The notes under the pieces were generated by a model. The model was not told the DNA's origin and did no database searches. It worked only from the letters and a program-made list of their open reading frames with translations. Both the position numbers and the translations under genes were made by a program. A stretch of DNA of 64,000 bases, taken from assembly GCF_039654945.1 (NCBI RefSeq), contig NW_027361690.1, positions 116,250,001 through 116,314,000 of the forward strand, written 5' to 3'. Source of the stretch: Dendrobates tinctorius (taxonomy: Eukaryota). Positions 1 to 11,587 of this stretch are shown here, piece by piece (the stretch's first letter is position 1; each line of letters opens with the position of its first letter).

Positions 1-2197
1 CATCACACTGTTGACTCATATTCAGTCTGTGATCTATTAGTATACCCAAGTCTTTTTCACATGTGCTGTCACTTAGCCCTATTCCTCCCATTCTATATAT
101 GCTTTTTTCATTTTTATTGCCCAGATGTAGTACTTTGCATTTCTCCCTGTTAAAAACCATTCTGTTAGTTGCTGCCCACTTCTCCAGTTTATTTAAATCT
201 TTTTGAATCCTCTCTCTCTCTTCTCTAGTATTAGCTATCCCTCCTAGCTTTGTGTCATCAGCAAATTTAATCAGTTTACCCTCAATTCCTTCATCTAAAT
301 CGTTGATAAAGATGTTGAACAATACAGGGCCCAGGACAGAGCCCTGTGGCACCCCACTTGAGACATTCTTCCAACTGGATGTGCAGCCATTTACGACCAC
401 TCTTTGGGTCCGATCACTAAGCCAGTTATGAATCCACCTAACAGTTGCCTTGTCCATTCCATACTTAGTCATTTTTTCAATAAGGATTGTATGAGAGACT
501 TTGTCAAATGCTTTGCTGAAGTCAAGATATACTATATCTACAGCATTTCCTTGATCCACCCAATCAGTGATACCATCATAGAAGGAAATTAAGTTAGTCT
601 GACATGACTTATTAGTTACAAACCCATGCTGACTCTGTTTAATCACTTCATTCTTATCCAGGTATTGACATACATGTTGTTTAATAATTTGTTCAAAGAT
701 CTTTCCTGGTATAGAAGTCAGACTCACCGGCCTATAGTTGCCTGGGTCCACCTTCTTCCCCTTTTTGAAGATAGGAACAACATTTGCTCTTCTCCAGTCT
801 TCTGGCACTTCTCCTGTTCTCCAAGAATTTATAAAGATTATGGAGAGGGGTTCAAAAATTTCTTCTGCTATCTCCTTCAGTACTCTGGGGTGTAATTCAT
901 CTGGACCTGGAGACTTGAATTCATTTAGGTTAGCTAAGTGTTTCCTCACTATCTTTCTGTTTATAGATATCCTGGATTCTTCTATTCCCTTAATAGGACA
1001 GTGAATAACAGTTGATGTTACATTTCCTTTCTGAGAGAAAACAGATGCAAAATAGGAATTTAAAAGTTCAGCCTTCTCAACATCCTGTCTTACCATTTCA
1101 TCATTTTCATCCTGTAAAAATCCTATAGCATCTTTGACTTTTCTTTTACTTTTGACATATCCCCAAAATCCTTTATTATTGCTTTTGACATCTCTTGCAA
1201 GCCTCAATTCATTTTCAGCTTTAGCTAATCTGATTTGTGCCCTGCAGGTTCTGCAGACAGCATTATATTCTTCTTTAGATATGCCTCCCTCTTTCCATTT
1301 TATAAACATTTTTTTCTTCCTTTTTAGCATGTGCTTAAGTTCTGTGTTCATCCATCCTGGTTTCCTTAAATGCTTCCTATTCTTCCCTCTTTTCGGATTT
1401 GTTAACAACTGTGCTTTGAGAATTTCATTTTTCAAGATTTCCCATCCTTCCTGGACATTTTTGTCTTTAAGGATATCCATCCATTGGATCCCTCCAATTC
1501 TCTTTCTGAATCCCTTAAAATCTGCCTTTCTGAAATCTAACCTTGACGTCTGAGTCTTCACAGGTCTTCCGCCTCTAGTTATCCAAAATTCTAAAATAGC
1601 ATGGTCGCTACCTCCTAGGGTCCCAGCCACTTTTACCTCCTCAACCATTTCCTCCCTGTTTATAAGGATTAGATCCAAGGTAGCAGTTCCCCTTGTTTTC
1701 TCCCTTACCTTTTGGAAGATAAAGTTGTCAGCAAGAGAGGATAAGAATTTCCTTGACCTGTTAGTTTTGCCTGAGAGAGATTCCCAACAAATGTCTGGAT
1801 AGTTGAAATCTCCCATGACAACTATGTCATATTTTTTGGAGAACTTGGCCATTTGATGCATAAAGAGTTCATCCATATCTTCAGCTTGCACAGGCGGCCT
1901 GTAGTAAATGCCTACAATGGTGTCCTTTCCATTGTTCTGTCCTTGTATTCTTACCCAAACAGTTTCCACAGAACTCCCAGTCTCTGAAGCTTCAATCTCT
2001 GTGCAGACATACGTGTTTCTAACATACAATGCGACACCCCCTCCTCGTTTATCAAGTCTGTTTCTTGCAAATAAGTTGTATCCTTCTAGTCTTGTATTCC
2101 AATCATGTGTATTGTCCCACCAAGTTTCAGTGATTCCAATGACATCATATTTCTTTTCCTGTGTTAGTAGTTCCAATTCTCCTTGTTTGTTGCCCAT
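1..2197 (-). CDS. CR1 ORF2 (APE endonuclease + reverse transcriptase), runs off window
   Basis: Hand translation: KLKCFYTNAQSMGNKQGELELL...DVIGITETWWD (EN) and GVPQGSVLGPVLFNIFINDL...KFADDTKLGG (RT). FADD codon at 265 is in frame with ATG at 2197. Confidence 0.92.
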   Translation of the reverse strand, partial: MGNKQGELELLTQEKKYDVIGITETWWDNTHDWNTRLEGYNLFARNRLDKRGGGVALYVRNTYVCTEIEASETGSSVETVWVRIQGQNNGKDTIVGIYYRPPVQAEDMDELFMHQMAKFSKKYDIVVMGDFNYPDICWESLSGKTNRSRKFLSSLADNFIFQKVREKTRGTATLDLILINREEMVEEVKVAGTLGGSDHAILEFWITRGGRPVKTQTSRLDFRKADFKGFRKRIGGIQWMDILKDKNVQEGWEILKNEILKAQLLTNPKRGKNRKHLRKPGWMNTELKHMLKRKKKMFIKWKEGGISKEEYNAVCRTCRAQIRLAKAENELRLARDVKSNNKGFWGYVKSKRKVKDAIGFLQDENDEMVRQDVEKAELLNSYFASVFSQKGNVTSTVIHCPIKGIEESRISINRKIVRKHLANLNEFKSPGPDELHPRVLKEIAEEIFEPLSIIFINSWRTGEVPEDWRRANVVPIFKKGKKVDPGNYRPVSLTSIPGKIFEQIIKQHVCQYLDKNEVIKQSQHGFVTNKSCQTNLISFYDGITDWVDQGNAVDIVYLDFSKAFDKVSHTILIEKMTKYGMDKATVRWIHNWLSDRTQRVVVNGCTSSWKNVSSGVPQGSVLGPVLFNIFINDLDEGIEGKLIKFADDTKLGGIANTREERERIQKDLNKLEKWAATNRMVFNREKCKVLHLGNKNEKSIYRMGGIGLSDSTCEKDLGILIDHRLNMSQQCD

Positions 2198-2376
2198 GCT
2201 TTGTGCATTAGTATAGAAACATTTTAGTTTGTGATTGGTTTCTCTTTCTCCAATATTTTTATTAATTAGATTCTTTCGTCTTTGTTCTTCCTTTCCACTT
2301 CTAATAGCAGAGTTCTCAATAGCATTTGTCAGGTGTATGGCTTTTTCTGGTCTTTTGCTTCCCTTCCCATGTTGTT

Positions 2377-3384
2377 CTAGTTTAAAGCTCTCCTTACAAG
2401 TGTAGCAAGGCGACTTCCAAATACATGCTTTCCAGTCTTCCTAAGGTGCACCCCATCTCTAGCAAGTAGTCCATCGTATAAGTAGTTCACTCCGTGATCC
2501 AGAAATCCAAATCGTTGCTGACGGCACCATCGACGTAGCCAGTTGTTCACCTGCAGAATCTTATTCCACCTCCTTGTTCCATGGCCATCCACTGGGAGGA
2601 TTGAAGAGAAGACCACCTGCGCTCCCAGTTCTTTCACTTTCTTGCCTAAGTCTTCAAAGTCTCTGCAGATGGTTTCCAGGTCGTTTCTTGCAGTGTCATT
2701 TGTCCCCACATGTAGTAGCAGGAATGGGTAGTCATCTGTAGGTCTGAAGAGTCCTGATATCCTGTCAGACACATCTTTAATTTTTGCACCTGGAAGACAG
2801 CACATTTCTCTTGAAGTTATATCCGGTCTGCAGATAGCGGCCTCTGTTCCTCTCAACAGGGAATCCCCCATGACCACCACTCTCCGTTTCTTCTTCACAA
2901 CATTTTTCTTTCTCCATCCAGGAGGACTCTGAAGGCGTACAAGGTGGCTGTTTGTTGGCAAAGTCTTATCCTGATGTATTTCTTCATCGTTTTCCTGCGT
3001 GAGAACCTGGTACTGGTTTCTGAGCAGTATGGGTGCTGACTGCGTCCTGATCCTCCTGCTTCTCTGGGTTACATGTCTCCATTCCTCTGTTTCTTCAGGT
3101 GCACTTCGAATTTCTTCTCTTTCTTCACTTTCTGTAACATGAAGAGATAATTCTGCTCTGTCCAAGAACTCTTCACCTTCCTTAATGATCTTCAACGTAG
3201 CTAACCTCTCTTCGAGATTTTGCAACTTTTCCTCCAACAGGGACACAAGCTTGCATTTGTGGCATGTGAAGTTTGGCTTTTCCACTGGTAAATCTGTGAA
3301 CATGTAGCAAGAAATGCAGCTCACCAAATGACTCCTGGCCTTTTCCATCTTGAGATTTCTTAAAAACGATGAAAGATGAGCCAA
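2377..3384 (-). CDS. CR1 ORF1p: zinc finger/coiled coil + SGNH/GDSL esterase domain
   Basis: 335-aa ORF with CxxC..CxxC, coiled coil, VVVMGDSLLRG, LLHVGTND and DGVHL motifs. Confidence 0.92.
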   Translation of the reverse strand: MAHLSSFLRNLKMEKARSHLVSCISCYMFTDLPVEKPNFTCHKCKLVSLLEEKLQNLEERLATLKIIKEGEEFLDRAELSLHVTESEEREEIRSAPEETEEWRHVTQRSRRIRTQSAPILLRNQYQVLTQENDEEIHQDKTLPTNSHLVRLQSPPGWRKKNVVKKKRRVVVMGDSLLRGTEAAICRPDITSREMCCLPGAKIKDVSDRISGLFRPTDDYPFLLLHVGTNDTARNDLETICRDFEDLGKKVKELGAQVVFSSILPVDGHGTRRWNKILQVNNWLRRWCRQQRFGFLDHGVNYLYDGLLARDGVHLRKTGKHVFGSRLATLVRRALN

Positions 3385-3401
3385 AATTCACGCTCCAATA
3401 G

Positions 3402-3806
3402 GCAAATGATCTCCTCAAGACTCTTCCCCTGGTTTTCCAATTTCCTCTTTTCAGCTGCAACGGCCAAAACCCAGTGATTGTTGAGCTCGCGGAGACTTTT
3501 CACTTATCCCAGAAGGCACTGGGAATATGCAAATGATCTCCTCAAGACTCTTCCCCTGGTTTTCTGATTTCCTCTTTTCAGCTGCAACGGCCAAAACCCA
3601 GTGATTGTTGAGCTCGCGGAGACTCTTCACTTATCCCAGAAGGCACTGGGAATATGCAAATGATCTCCTCAAGACTCTTCCCCTGGTTTTCCGATTTCCT
3701 CTTTTCAGCTGCAACGGCCAAAACCCAGTGATTGTTGAGCTCGCGGAGACTCTTCACTTATCCCAGAAGGCACTGGGAATATGCAAATGATCTCCTCAAG
3801 ACTCTT
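3402..3806 (-). repeat. 127-bp tandem monomers (~3.2 copies) in the CR1 5' region
   Basis: gcaaatgatctcctcaagactc recurs at 3402, 3529, 3656, 3783. Confidence 0.93.
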
Positions 3807-3879
3807 CAATTTAGTAAATTCAATTCTTGTGTGAGCATTTTCTAATTCATCACAATCCATTGGAAACCTTACAATACAA

Positions 3880-4755
3880 TCCTCCACCAAATTTCGCAGT
3901 GGGTGCAAGACACTGTGACTTGTACGCCTCTCCAGACCTCGGTCTAACCATTAGATGGCCAGGTGTTGGGCAAAGCAGAGAATTAGAATCATCAGAGAAG
4001 ATTACTTTACTCCAGTCCTCTATGGTCCAATCCTTATGGTCTTTGGCAAACTTCAGCCTGGCTCTCCTTTGCTTCTCATTGATGAATGGCTTTATTCTAC
4101 CTTACATGACTTGAGCCCTGCTTCTAAGAGCCTGTGACAAACTGTTATTGCCGTGCACTAGACCCCAGCTGCCATTTGCCATTCCTTTTGTTGGTCACTT
4201 CATGTCATCCTACGGTTGCTGAGTGACATTCGAATAAGATGACGGTCACCCCGGTCAGTCGAGAGTCTTTTTCGCCCTCTGCCAGTCTGTAGCTTTGTTG
4301 TCCCTAATGTCTGCTGCTTGACCTTGTTGTAATGGACTGCCGTTAGAAATGTTAAGGATGGAGGCAACATGATGCTCACTGTTTCCCTCTGCTAGTAAAG
4401 CCAGAATTGGGACCTTCTTTTCCTCACTCATGACTTTTCTTTTCAACTCCTTTGGCATAGTTAAAAGTTATTTTTTCATTCCTATTACTTTTGGAATATT
4501 ACTAGCACTTGTTTTGCCATCCACCTTGTCCTATTGCAAGAGGATTGTGAACACCACAGCAGGGTTTTTTTTTTATACTTTCCTTTGTTAAATAAGAATT
4601 GGTTCAGGTGATCACCTAATCAGGAGCACATTAAATAGAATGAGGAGTACTATGGTTGGAATTCAACTGACACTGGAATGGAATGGCTGTCAGACATGTA
4701 GAGAAGCTGATTTTTATAAAACTGTGCAGTGGTCTCTTAATTTTTGCCAGAGCTG
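3880..4755 (-). mobile_element. Tc1/mariner element, 5' half, degenerate transposase
   Basis: MPKELKRK..HTH at 4458; ARLKFAKDHKDWTIEDWSKVIFSDDS..KFGG; terminus ...ttgccagagctg followed by TA. Confidence 0.85.
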
Positions 4756-6272
4756 TATAGACCCCTCAAAGTGACTTCAAATGCGATGTGGTCCAAATTT
4801 CTGTTTTTTTCCCACAAATAAACACAAGTCATATCAAAGAAATTTTACTACTATCATGAAGTACAATATGTCACGAAAAAAACAATCTCAGAATTTCCAG
4901 GATCCATGGAAGTGTTCCAGAGTTATTTCCTCATAAAGGGACAGTGGTCAGAATTGTAAAAATTGTCCCGGTAATTAACGTGCAAACCACCCTCGGGGGT
5001 AAAGAGGTTAAAAGAAGTTGTCCGGGACTCTTGAAGATTAGCCCATCAATGTCTGACTAATAAAGGTGCGACACCTGTCACCCCTGAGCTGTTCCCAGTG
5101 TCGGTGTTTCCCAGAACTACTAAGTTACCGAGCTGCACATCAGAGCTCCATCAACCGTATAGTGGCTGAGGCCGGGTACTGCAGGTCTGTCCCCTGTTCA
5201 AATCAGTAGGGGTTGGATGTTCAGTTCCTGGCTGTGGCCAATATTCCATCGACGAAGCTGTGTAGCTCCGTAACTTCAGTTGCGGCTGCCGGGATGGGGA
5301 ACAGCTGATTGGCTTGGGTGCCGAGTGTCACACCCCACCGGTCAGACACTGATGACTTATCCTAAAGCTAGGCCATCAATGTTAAAGTCCTAGGCAACAA
5401 CTTTAAATGCCTGTATACTGTATATACAGTAGCTAAAATAACTTTTGCAGTTGGGTTTCATTGAAAATTTTTCACTGTTGTCTTCTATAGAAGTTGCGTC
5501 GCACTGTCTATTGCTGGCTGCAGAATGAGTGAACTCAGAATCTGTTATTGACAGCATAGCAAAGTCTGACAGGAGAGTTTGTGACTCTTTTATCTGTCTG
5601 TTTTTCGGTTCCTTTCAGCTGATATATAACCACAGACCACATCAAAGTTGAATGCCCAAGAGAAGGAGGAAGCCAAATGATGTCAAAAATGTTTTTAGTC
5701 CAAAATATATGCATGTAAATAACAAAAATCCTTAAATTGTGACCTTTTGCAGATGAGAAAAGTCCAACGTTCATCTAGAATAAAGGATGCCTGCACTTGT
5801 GTGGACCTAGAGCAGAAAGTAAAAGAAAGCTGAAAAAGGTAACAAGTCAGCATTTCTGTATGACTAGTCCTAGTAATATGTATGTAGAGGCGTCTATTGC
5901 CTCCTGCACAGAGCCTGAGATAGATGGAGAAACTGACAGTTCTGGTTTTGCACCTTCCCCTATGGCCTCTTTCACACTTCAGTCTTTTGACGTCAGTCTG
6001 AATTCGCTGTCGCGACGGATTGACGGATCCGTCAAAAAGTGAAAAACGGAGCCAATGGATCCATTTGTTCGACGGATCTGACAAGCAGATCCGTCTAAAA
6101 AACGGATCCGTTTCATCAGTCGCATCTGTTTTTTCATCCGTTTTGTCAGTTTTTCGACGGATCGTTTTTTTCATACCTCCCAAAAGTGATTGGCTACTGG
6201 AAACAACTGGAAAACGATATATAAGGTGTTTTAACACCACGTCTTTGAAAGGTTGTAGAGCAAGTGGCAGAG

Positions 6273-7580
6273 ATGGAAGGATTTATAGCGAAGATTGTGA
6301 GCATATGTGCGGATTTTGCTTTTGAGGCCAATCGGTTGGTATTGATTGTTCCTGACAAGGAGGGAGCAAGACAGCGCATCCTGCGGCGGCGGCGGCGGCA
6401 GACGTCTGTGGATTCATCCTATCACTGCACAGAGAATGACCCTTGGTGTTTATTCAACGCTGTTTCTGGAATTGAGGCAAAACCCTGATAAGTTCTTCAA
6501 TTATGTGCACATGAGAGCGGAACACTTTGAGATTTTGGTGGAACGGGCTGGAGAACAAATCAGGAGGACACCTATTTGCGCTTTTCCATATCACCGGCGG
6601 AGCGTCTGATGGTGACTCTTCGGTAAACATTTTTTAAATTTTTTTATGGTTTTTCATTCACCAGACTTCTAGTGTCATGTTGTGGAGTTTTGTGTTAATT
6701 ATTGTCTTTGTCTTTTTTTTAACAGATTCCTTGCAACTGGAGTATCCCTGTCCTCCCTCCATTATCAATTCAGGCTTATCAACAATATCAGGGATAGTAA
6801 AAGAGACCTGCCAGGCATTGTGGGACTGTTTAAAGGATGAGTATATCCCACATCCAACACCGGAGATGTGGCTGGAGATTGCGGACAAATTTCAACAGAT
6901 ATGCCAGTTTCCAAATTGCGTGGGTGCAGTGGATGGGAAGCACATAAGGATTGTTGAACCTGTTGGATCTGGCTCCAAATATTTCAACTATAAAAAATAT
7001 TTTTCCATTGTACTGATGGCCATTGCAGACTCCCAATGCAAATTCTTAGCTGTGGATATTGGTGCCTATGGCCGCTCATATGATTCACAGGTTTTTAAAA
7101 TGTCTGCTATGGGGCATCGATTATACGGAGACACATTTCAATTTCCACCTCCAAGACCACCAATGCCATTTGTGTGTGTGGGAGATGAAGCCTTTCAACT
7201 TTCCAAACACCTGCTCAAGCCATATGGAAGTACTTGATTGAGGCAAAGGAAAAGAATCTTCACCTATTGCTTAACAAGAGCGCAGAGTGGTGGAGTGCTT
7301 TTTCGGGATTCTAACTGCAAAATGGCGATTTCTGTTAACCACTATCAAATTGAGAACTGAAACTGTGGATGAGGTGGTGAAGGCGTGTGTGGTCCTGCAC
7401 AATTTTGTAATATCCAAGGATCCGGTTGTCATTGATGAAAATGTGTCGGAAACCACCTTGCGGGAATATCAAAATATAAGTTTTCGGAATGCTGTGTCAG
7501 TTTCCAAAATGAGGGATAAATTTGCCAACTACTTAATGTCACCCGAAGGAAGCGTTAAATGGCAGTATGACATGGTTTGA
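6273..7580 (+). pseudogene. Harbinger (HARBI1-like) DDE transposase, 2 exons, frameshifted
   Basis: RRLWIHP, FPNCVGAVDGKH, YFNYKKYFSIVLMA, VGDEAF, VECFFGIL..KW, CVVLHNF spread over different frames; intron ~6623-6725. Confidence 0.9.
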
Positions 7581-8837
7581 AATATTTTTTTTTGCAGATT
7601 TGTTATTATACCATGCTTTTGTTTTATAACCAAAACTTTGTACCTTTACCCCAAGTTTTGTATGTTTAGTACCTGTACCCCAATTTTGGTACCTTTACAC
7701 CTTTTGTACCTTTACCCAGTTTTTTAACTTTGCACTAAAAAAAATGAAAGACAATAAATGTGTTTTGAAAGAAAAATACATTTACAAAATATTTACAATC
7801 TTGTGAAGTGTGGGGTGGAGATATTACGGGAGGGGCTGACAGGGTGGACCACGTCGATAGTGGGGGACTGGACACCAGGTTGGGTAGGATCTGAACTGGA
7901 AGGTGTGTTGAAAACATGAGGTTGGGTCAGGACTTGCAGTCACCAGCAGCTTCATGTGACGAAGTCTGCCCTGCTGCTCCAGCGCTGGTGGATTGGGCCA
8001 AGGAATCAGACATGAGGGAAGGTGCAGAGGGGTCGGGTCTCTCGACGTGGTCCCCGGTGACGGCCTACTGTGGGATCGCTAGAGAAGGGTCCAATTCAGC
8101 AGCAGGCTCCCGAGTACTGCAGACAGTCCTGTTAAAGAAAAAAATTAAAAATATTAATATATTGATATTACATTGCCCTTGCTGAAACAAAAAAATAAGG
8201 TTAGACATGTAAACATTTTAACTGAATAAATGGGGTGTGGAATATTTACCTTCTGCTCACCATCATCGACCGCAGGAACGACAAGGCTCTGGCGTATTTA
8301 TACCTGCTCCTGCTTCCTCCCGATCCACTAGGGGCCTGCATCTCCTTGTTGAACTCCCTCTTGAAGCGATCCCTGAATGACCACCACCGTGTGATAACTC
8401 TGTCACCTGGAAAGTGAAAGCACAAATTGCTTAGTATACAACAAATTACATCCTGCAACATAACTTACTGAACTGTGAATACTTACGCGCTTTATCCTGG
8501 GCCCAAGGTTCGAGTTTCTCTCAGTTGTCAAGAACTACAAAGCAAACTCCCTCCCAGTGCCGATGGGTGATGGATTGGTCAGCATGGCGGCGGTCCGCCA
8601 TGTTCCACAGCGGCTCCCACTCTCGTACCTCGTTGATGAGGCGGTCAATGTCCAGACCACCATCATCACCATCCGAGTCAAGAGCACGCTGTGAAACCTG
8701 TGAAAAAAGAAAAAAAAACTTAAACTCAATTCATCCACATGAAGTAAAAAATTAGTAAGACAACCCAAAACAAAAAAGGGTACTTACTCTTCGCTGACCA
8801 CCGCGATGCTCATGTCGACGACCCTGGGAGGTGCTTG

Positions 8838-9947
8838 TGTGGTGCCCCTGAGGGTTCAGTCGCCACAGAGGTACTGCACCTCCTCCTGAGGTGTGGTACC
8901 CCACCATTCAGGTAAGGTGGAGACTCCTGAACACGCTCCAACACCTGCATCCCACACAACACAGTAGTGTAGCAAAGCACCCTTTGGTGGCTCCCTGCTT
9001 GGAACACGAAGCGTGCTGGGAGGTGGGTGGAGTTTAGTTAGCATCAAAAGAGCGGGAAGAGTTGAGGATTTAGTCAGTCAGTCGGGGAGTCTGACAGGGT
9101 CAGTATGTGAGAGAAGATCCCCTGAGTGGGATGGATGAAGGAAGTGCTGCAGCCGACCTCAGTGACCTGGGTCCGCTGGCACAGGAAAGATTGATAGAAA
9201 GCCTGACTCTCCATAAGAAAGAAGGATTTGTACGGAACGTGAGGAGAGGAGGACTAAGGATTAAGGTTAGAGGAGAACCCTTCCCAAGTTCACAGCGCAA
9301 GGCCGGGGTCCGAACCCCGAGGTTGTATGGATACTAATGGTCCTGTAGCAGACACCGGAGGAATAGAAGTTGTCACCACTTTATTCCCACACAAGACTTG
9401 GGGCACAACAGCAACGTGAGTGAGCCGGGACTTAGTAGCAAGGAGTCCCCGAAGCAGGCTACAGCTGTCTGCCGTACAAGTAGAGTTCATAGGAACATCT
9501 GGCAGGAGGAACTTCAGTGTAACTCAGTACTGTGAGTACTTCACTATAGGCGCAAAAGGGAGACGTTCAGAAAAGGCACATATGTTGGCGGAGTGTTGGA
9601 AAGGAGTACTTCATCTTGCCTGGAAGTTGGCTGAGCCCCTATCTCTTCATCTACACTGCCCTGGGACTACAGCCCTGCCTGTGGAGGGCTACACCATCAT
9701 TGCTGCACCACACCATCTGTCCCAGAGGATCTGTTTGCAGAGTTGACTTAACATCTTCATTGCCGAATACCACAGGTGGCGTCACAAAACATTCATTAAT
9801 AAACTTTATTCCATCACTCAACATTTCCCCCTTTTACAATGGATGCCCAGGGCCACGGACCGGGTCACTGCCACTGTGACAACCCCCATTGAAATCCACC
9901 GGGCCCGGCTCCGAGTACCCCGCTGCCCTGGGTGCGAGGGCGATACA
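8838..9947 (+). repeat. 5' LTR (~1110 bp)
   Basis: Direct repeat of 11588-12828; tgtggtgcccctg...cgataca. Confidence 0.92.
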
Positions 9948-9951
9948 TTTT

Positions 9952-9969
9952 TGGCATCACGAACAGGAT
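9952..9969 (+). other. Primer-binding site, tRNA-Ser(CGA) type
   Basis: TGGCATCACGAACAGGAT is complementary, with one mismatch, to the vertebrate tRNA-Ser(CGA) 3' end ...AUCCUGUUCGUGACGCCA (recalled sequence). Confidence 0.78.
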
Positions 9970-10065
9970 GACGAAGCCCGGTGCCACCGAGTTCTGTGTG
10001 CTGAAGATTTATTAGACTTATGATTGCTGAAAATGTGCAGAATAACCAAATTGATAGACTGTAAA

Positions 10066-10725
10066 ATGGACTCTCAAAATGGCCGCCGGCGCAGTGAAGA
10101 AGGGCGTGACAACATGGGTGGTCCTAAGAAAAGACCGCGAACCGTCCTGGGCCTCCCCTGCCTGAACTTCTATGCAACTGCAACATGGCCCACCCCCCGA
10201 GGGGTTCGGATACTGGCTTGGTATGGAGGAATAGGAAGAAGACGCCGCCCTCAGAAGGAGGGGCGAGAGCCAATGGTGGGAAAGGAGGCCAGGAAGGAAG
10301 AAGGAGAGAACGCCATGATGGAAGAAGGAAGGAGGCCCGAAGAGTGCGAGGAGGTTGAGCTGAACCTCCCCAGCGCATTGGCTGAGGGCTCCGATCCGAC
10401 TTCCACGTTGGACCGCCAGCAGCTGGAGGCCGAAATCGCCCAGCTGACACACCGTCTACGGCTGAGGCAGGAGGCGCTCTGGATAATGAACTGGCAGCAC
10501 GCCTGGGAGGGGCCTACACCATCGGTACCTCCATGCCCGATTCCCTCACCAGTGGTACCCGCTGTCGCTGCTGTCACACCTACACTTTCACCTGCGGTAC
10601 CTGCCTCCGCTTCACCCGACATCTCCCAGGCAGCATCTGTGGAACTCGCGGCCGCTGCTATGCCACAGACAGATGCCCATCTCACTCCGTGGGAGGAAAG
10701 AATACCTGCAATTTGTGGACAGTAA
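10066..10725 (+). CDS. Orphan ORF (~219 aa) in the LTR element interior
   Basis: Open ORF just after the PBS; basic NLS-like PKKRPR, coiled-coil-like LEAEIAQLTHRLRLRQEAL, Pro/Ala-rich tail; no known domain recognised. Confidence 0.5.
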   Translation: MDSQNGRRRSEEGRDNMGGPKKRPRTVLGLPCLNFYATATWPTPRGVRILAWYGGIGRRRRPQKEGREPMVGKEARKEEGENAMMEEGRRPEECEEVELNLPSALAEGSDPTSTLDRQQLEAEIAQLTHRLRLRQEALWIMNWQHAWEGPTPSVPPCPIPSPVVPAVAAVTPTLSPAVPASASPDISQAASVELAAAAMPQTDAHLTPWEERIPAICGQ

Positions 10726-11587
10726 GCAGGAAGAGGAAAGCCTGAAAATCTCCCCTGGAAGCAGCCCAAGTCATCAGCTTTCAGCACCCCAGGAGGGGAC
10801 CACCAACACTAACAATGATTAGTAACTAACTCTGTTACCCAGGAGGGTATTTGCACTGTTGTGCCTTAAAGTTATTTTTTTTTTTTTTTGTTTGTTTGTT
10901 CATCATGTTTTTCCAGGTTGCCCAGCTTTATTGGCAACATTTTCATAGAACTGTAGAGATCATGGACACTGAATGATCCAGAACTGTAATGTATATAGTT
11001 GCACCCCCTTAGGTGCCCTCTCTTGGTTTTACATAGCCCTTTTTGGAATAAGGACTACCTCAAGAATTGGCGTTTTGCTCTTAGAATAAGGACATTTCAA
11101 GGCAACTTGGCTGGACCAGTGTCTAACCTACATAATTGCATTTAAAGAAATAATGTTTGGTATTTTTGATAGAACAGATTTTATAATCAGTAGTGAGGTT
11201 TAGGAATCTGATTAATAGTTTACTTATGCTCATATTTGAATAAAGATTTAAAAATTGCAGGTGACGAACCAGGCATCAGCGGTTGTCACTTAAGGTTCAG
11301 AAGTAATAGTAAAATGTGAAGGAAAAGAAGAAGTGATGAAGAAATGTGATAATGATAACACTTGAAAGTGGTAGTGTGTTTACTGTTAATAGCACTTTGA
11401 ATTAGGTACTGTATTAAGATATAGATAGTTAAAATTGTTTGTATCGTTCAAGAGTCAGTGCCTTCCACATTGGGAAGTTTAGATAAGAACTGTTTATCAA
11501 GCATTTCAAAAATTTTAGTATGTTCCTTATTTTGTCTAACTTTCTTTCAATTGCAGCCCGCGGACGTGCTGTGTTTAACGGGGGGTA

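Larger units (their letters stand above)
1..3879 (-). mobile_element. CR1-clade LINE, apparently young and 5'-complete, 3' end outside window; abuts a truncated Tc1
   Basis: ORF1 esterase plus ORF2 EN-RT on the minus strand, 5' tandem monomers; the flanking Tc1 transposase breaks off at ~3880. Confidence 0.92.

Noticed and set aside
404-2216. Plus-strand ORFs
   Set aside because: Antisense shadows of CR1 ORF2
3402-3806. Ribozyme in the CR1 5' monomers
   Set aside because: No hammerhead core or convincing HDV-like fold found by eye
6273-7580. Host HARBI1 gene
   Set aside because: Frameshifted, paired with a MADF gene and enclosed by TIRs, so it is a transposon copy
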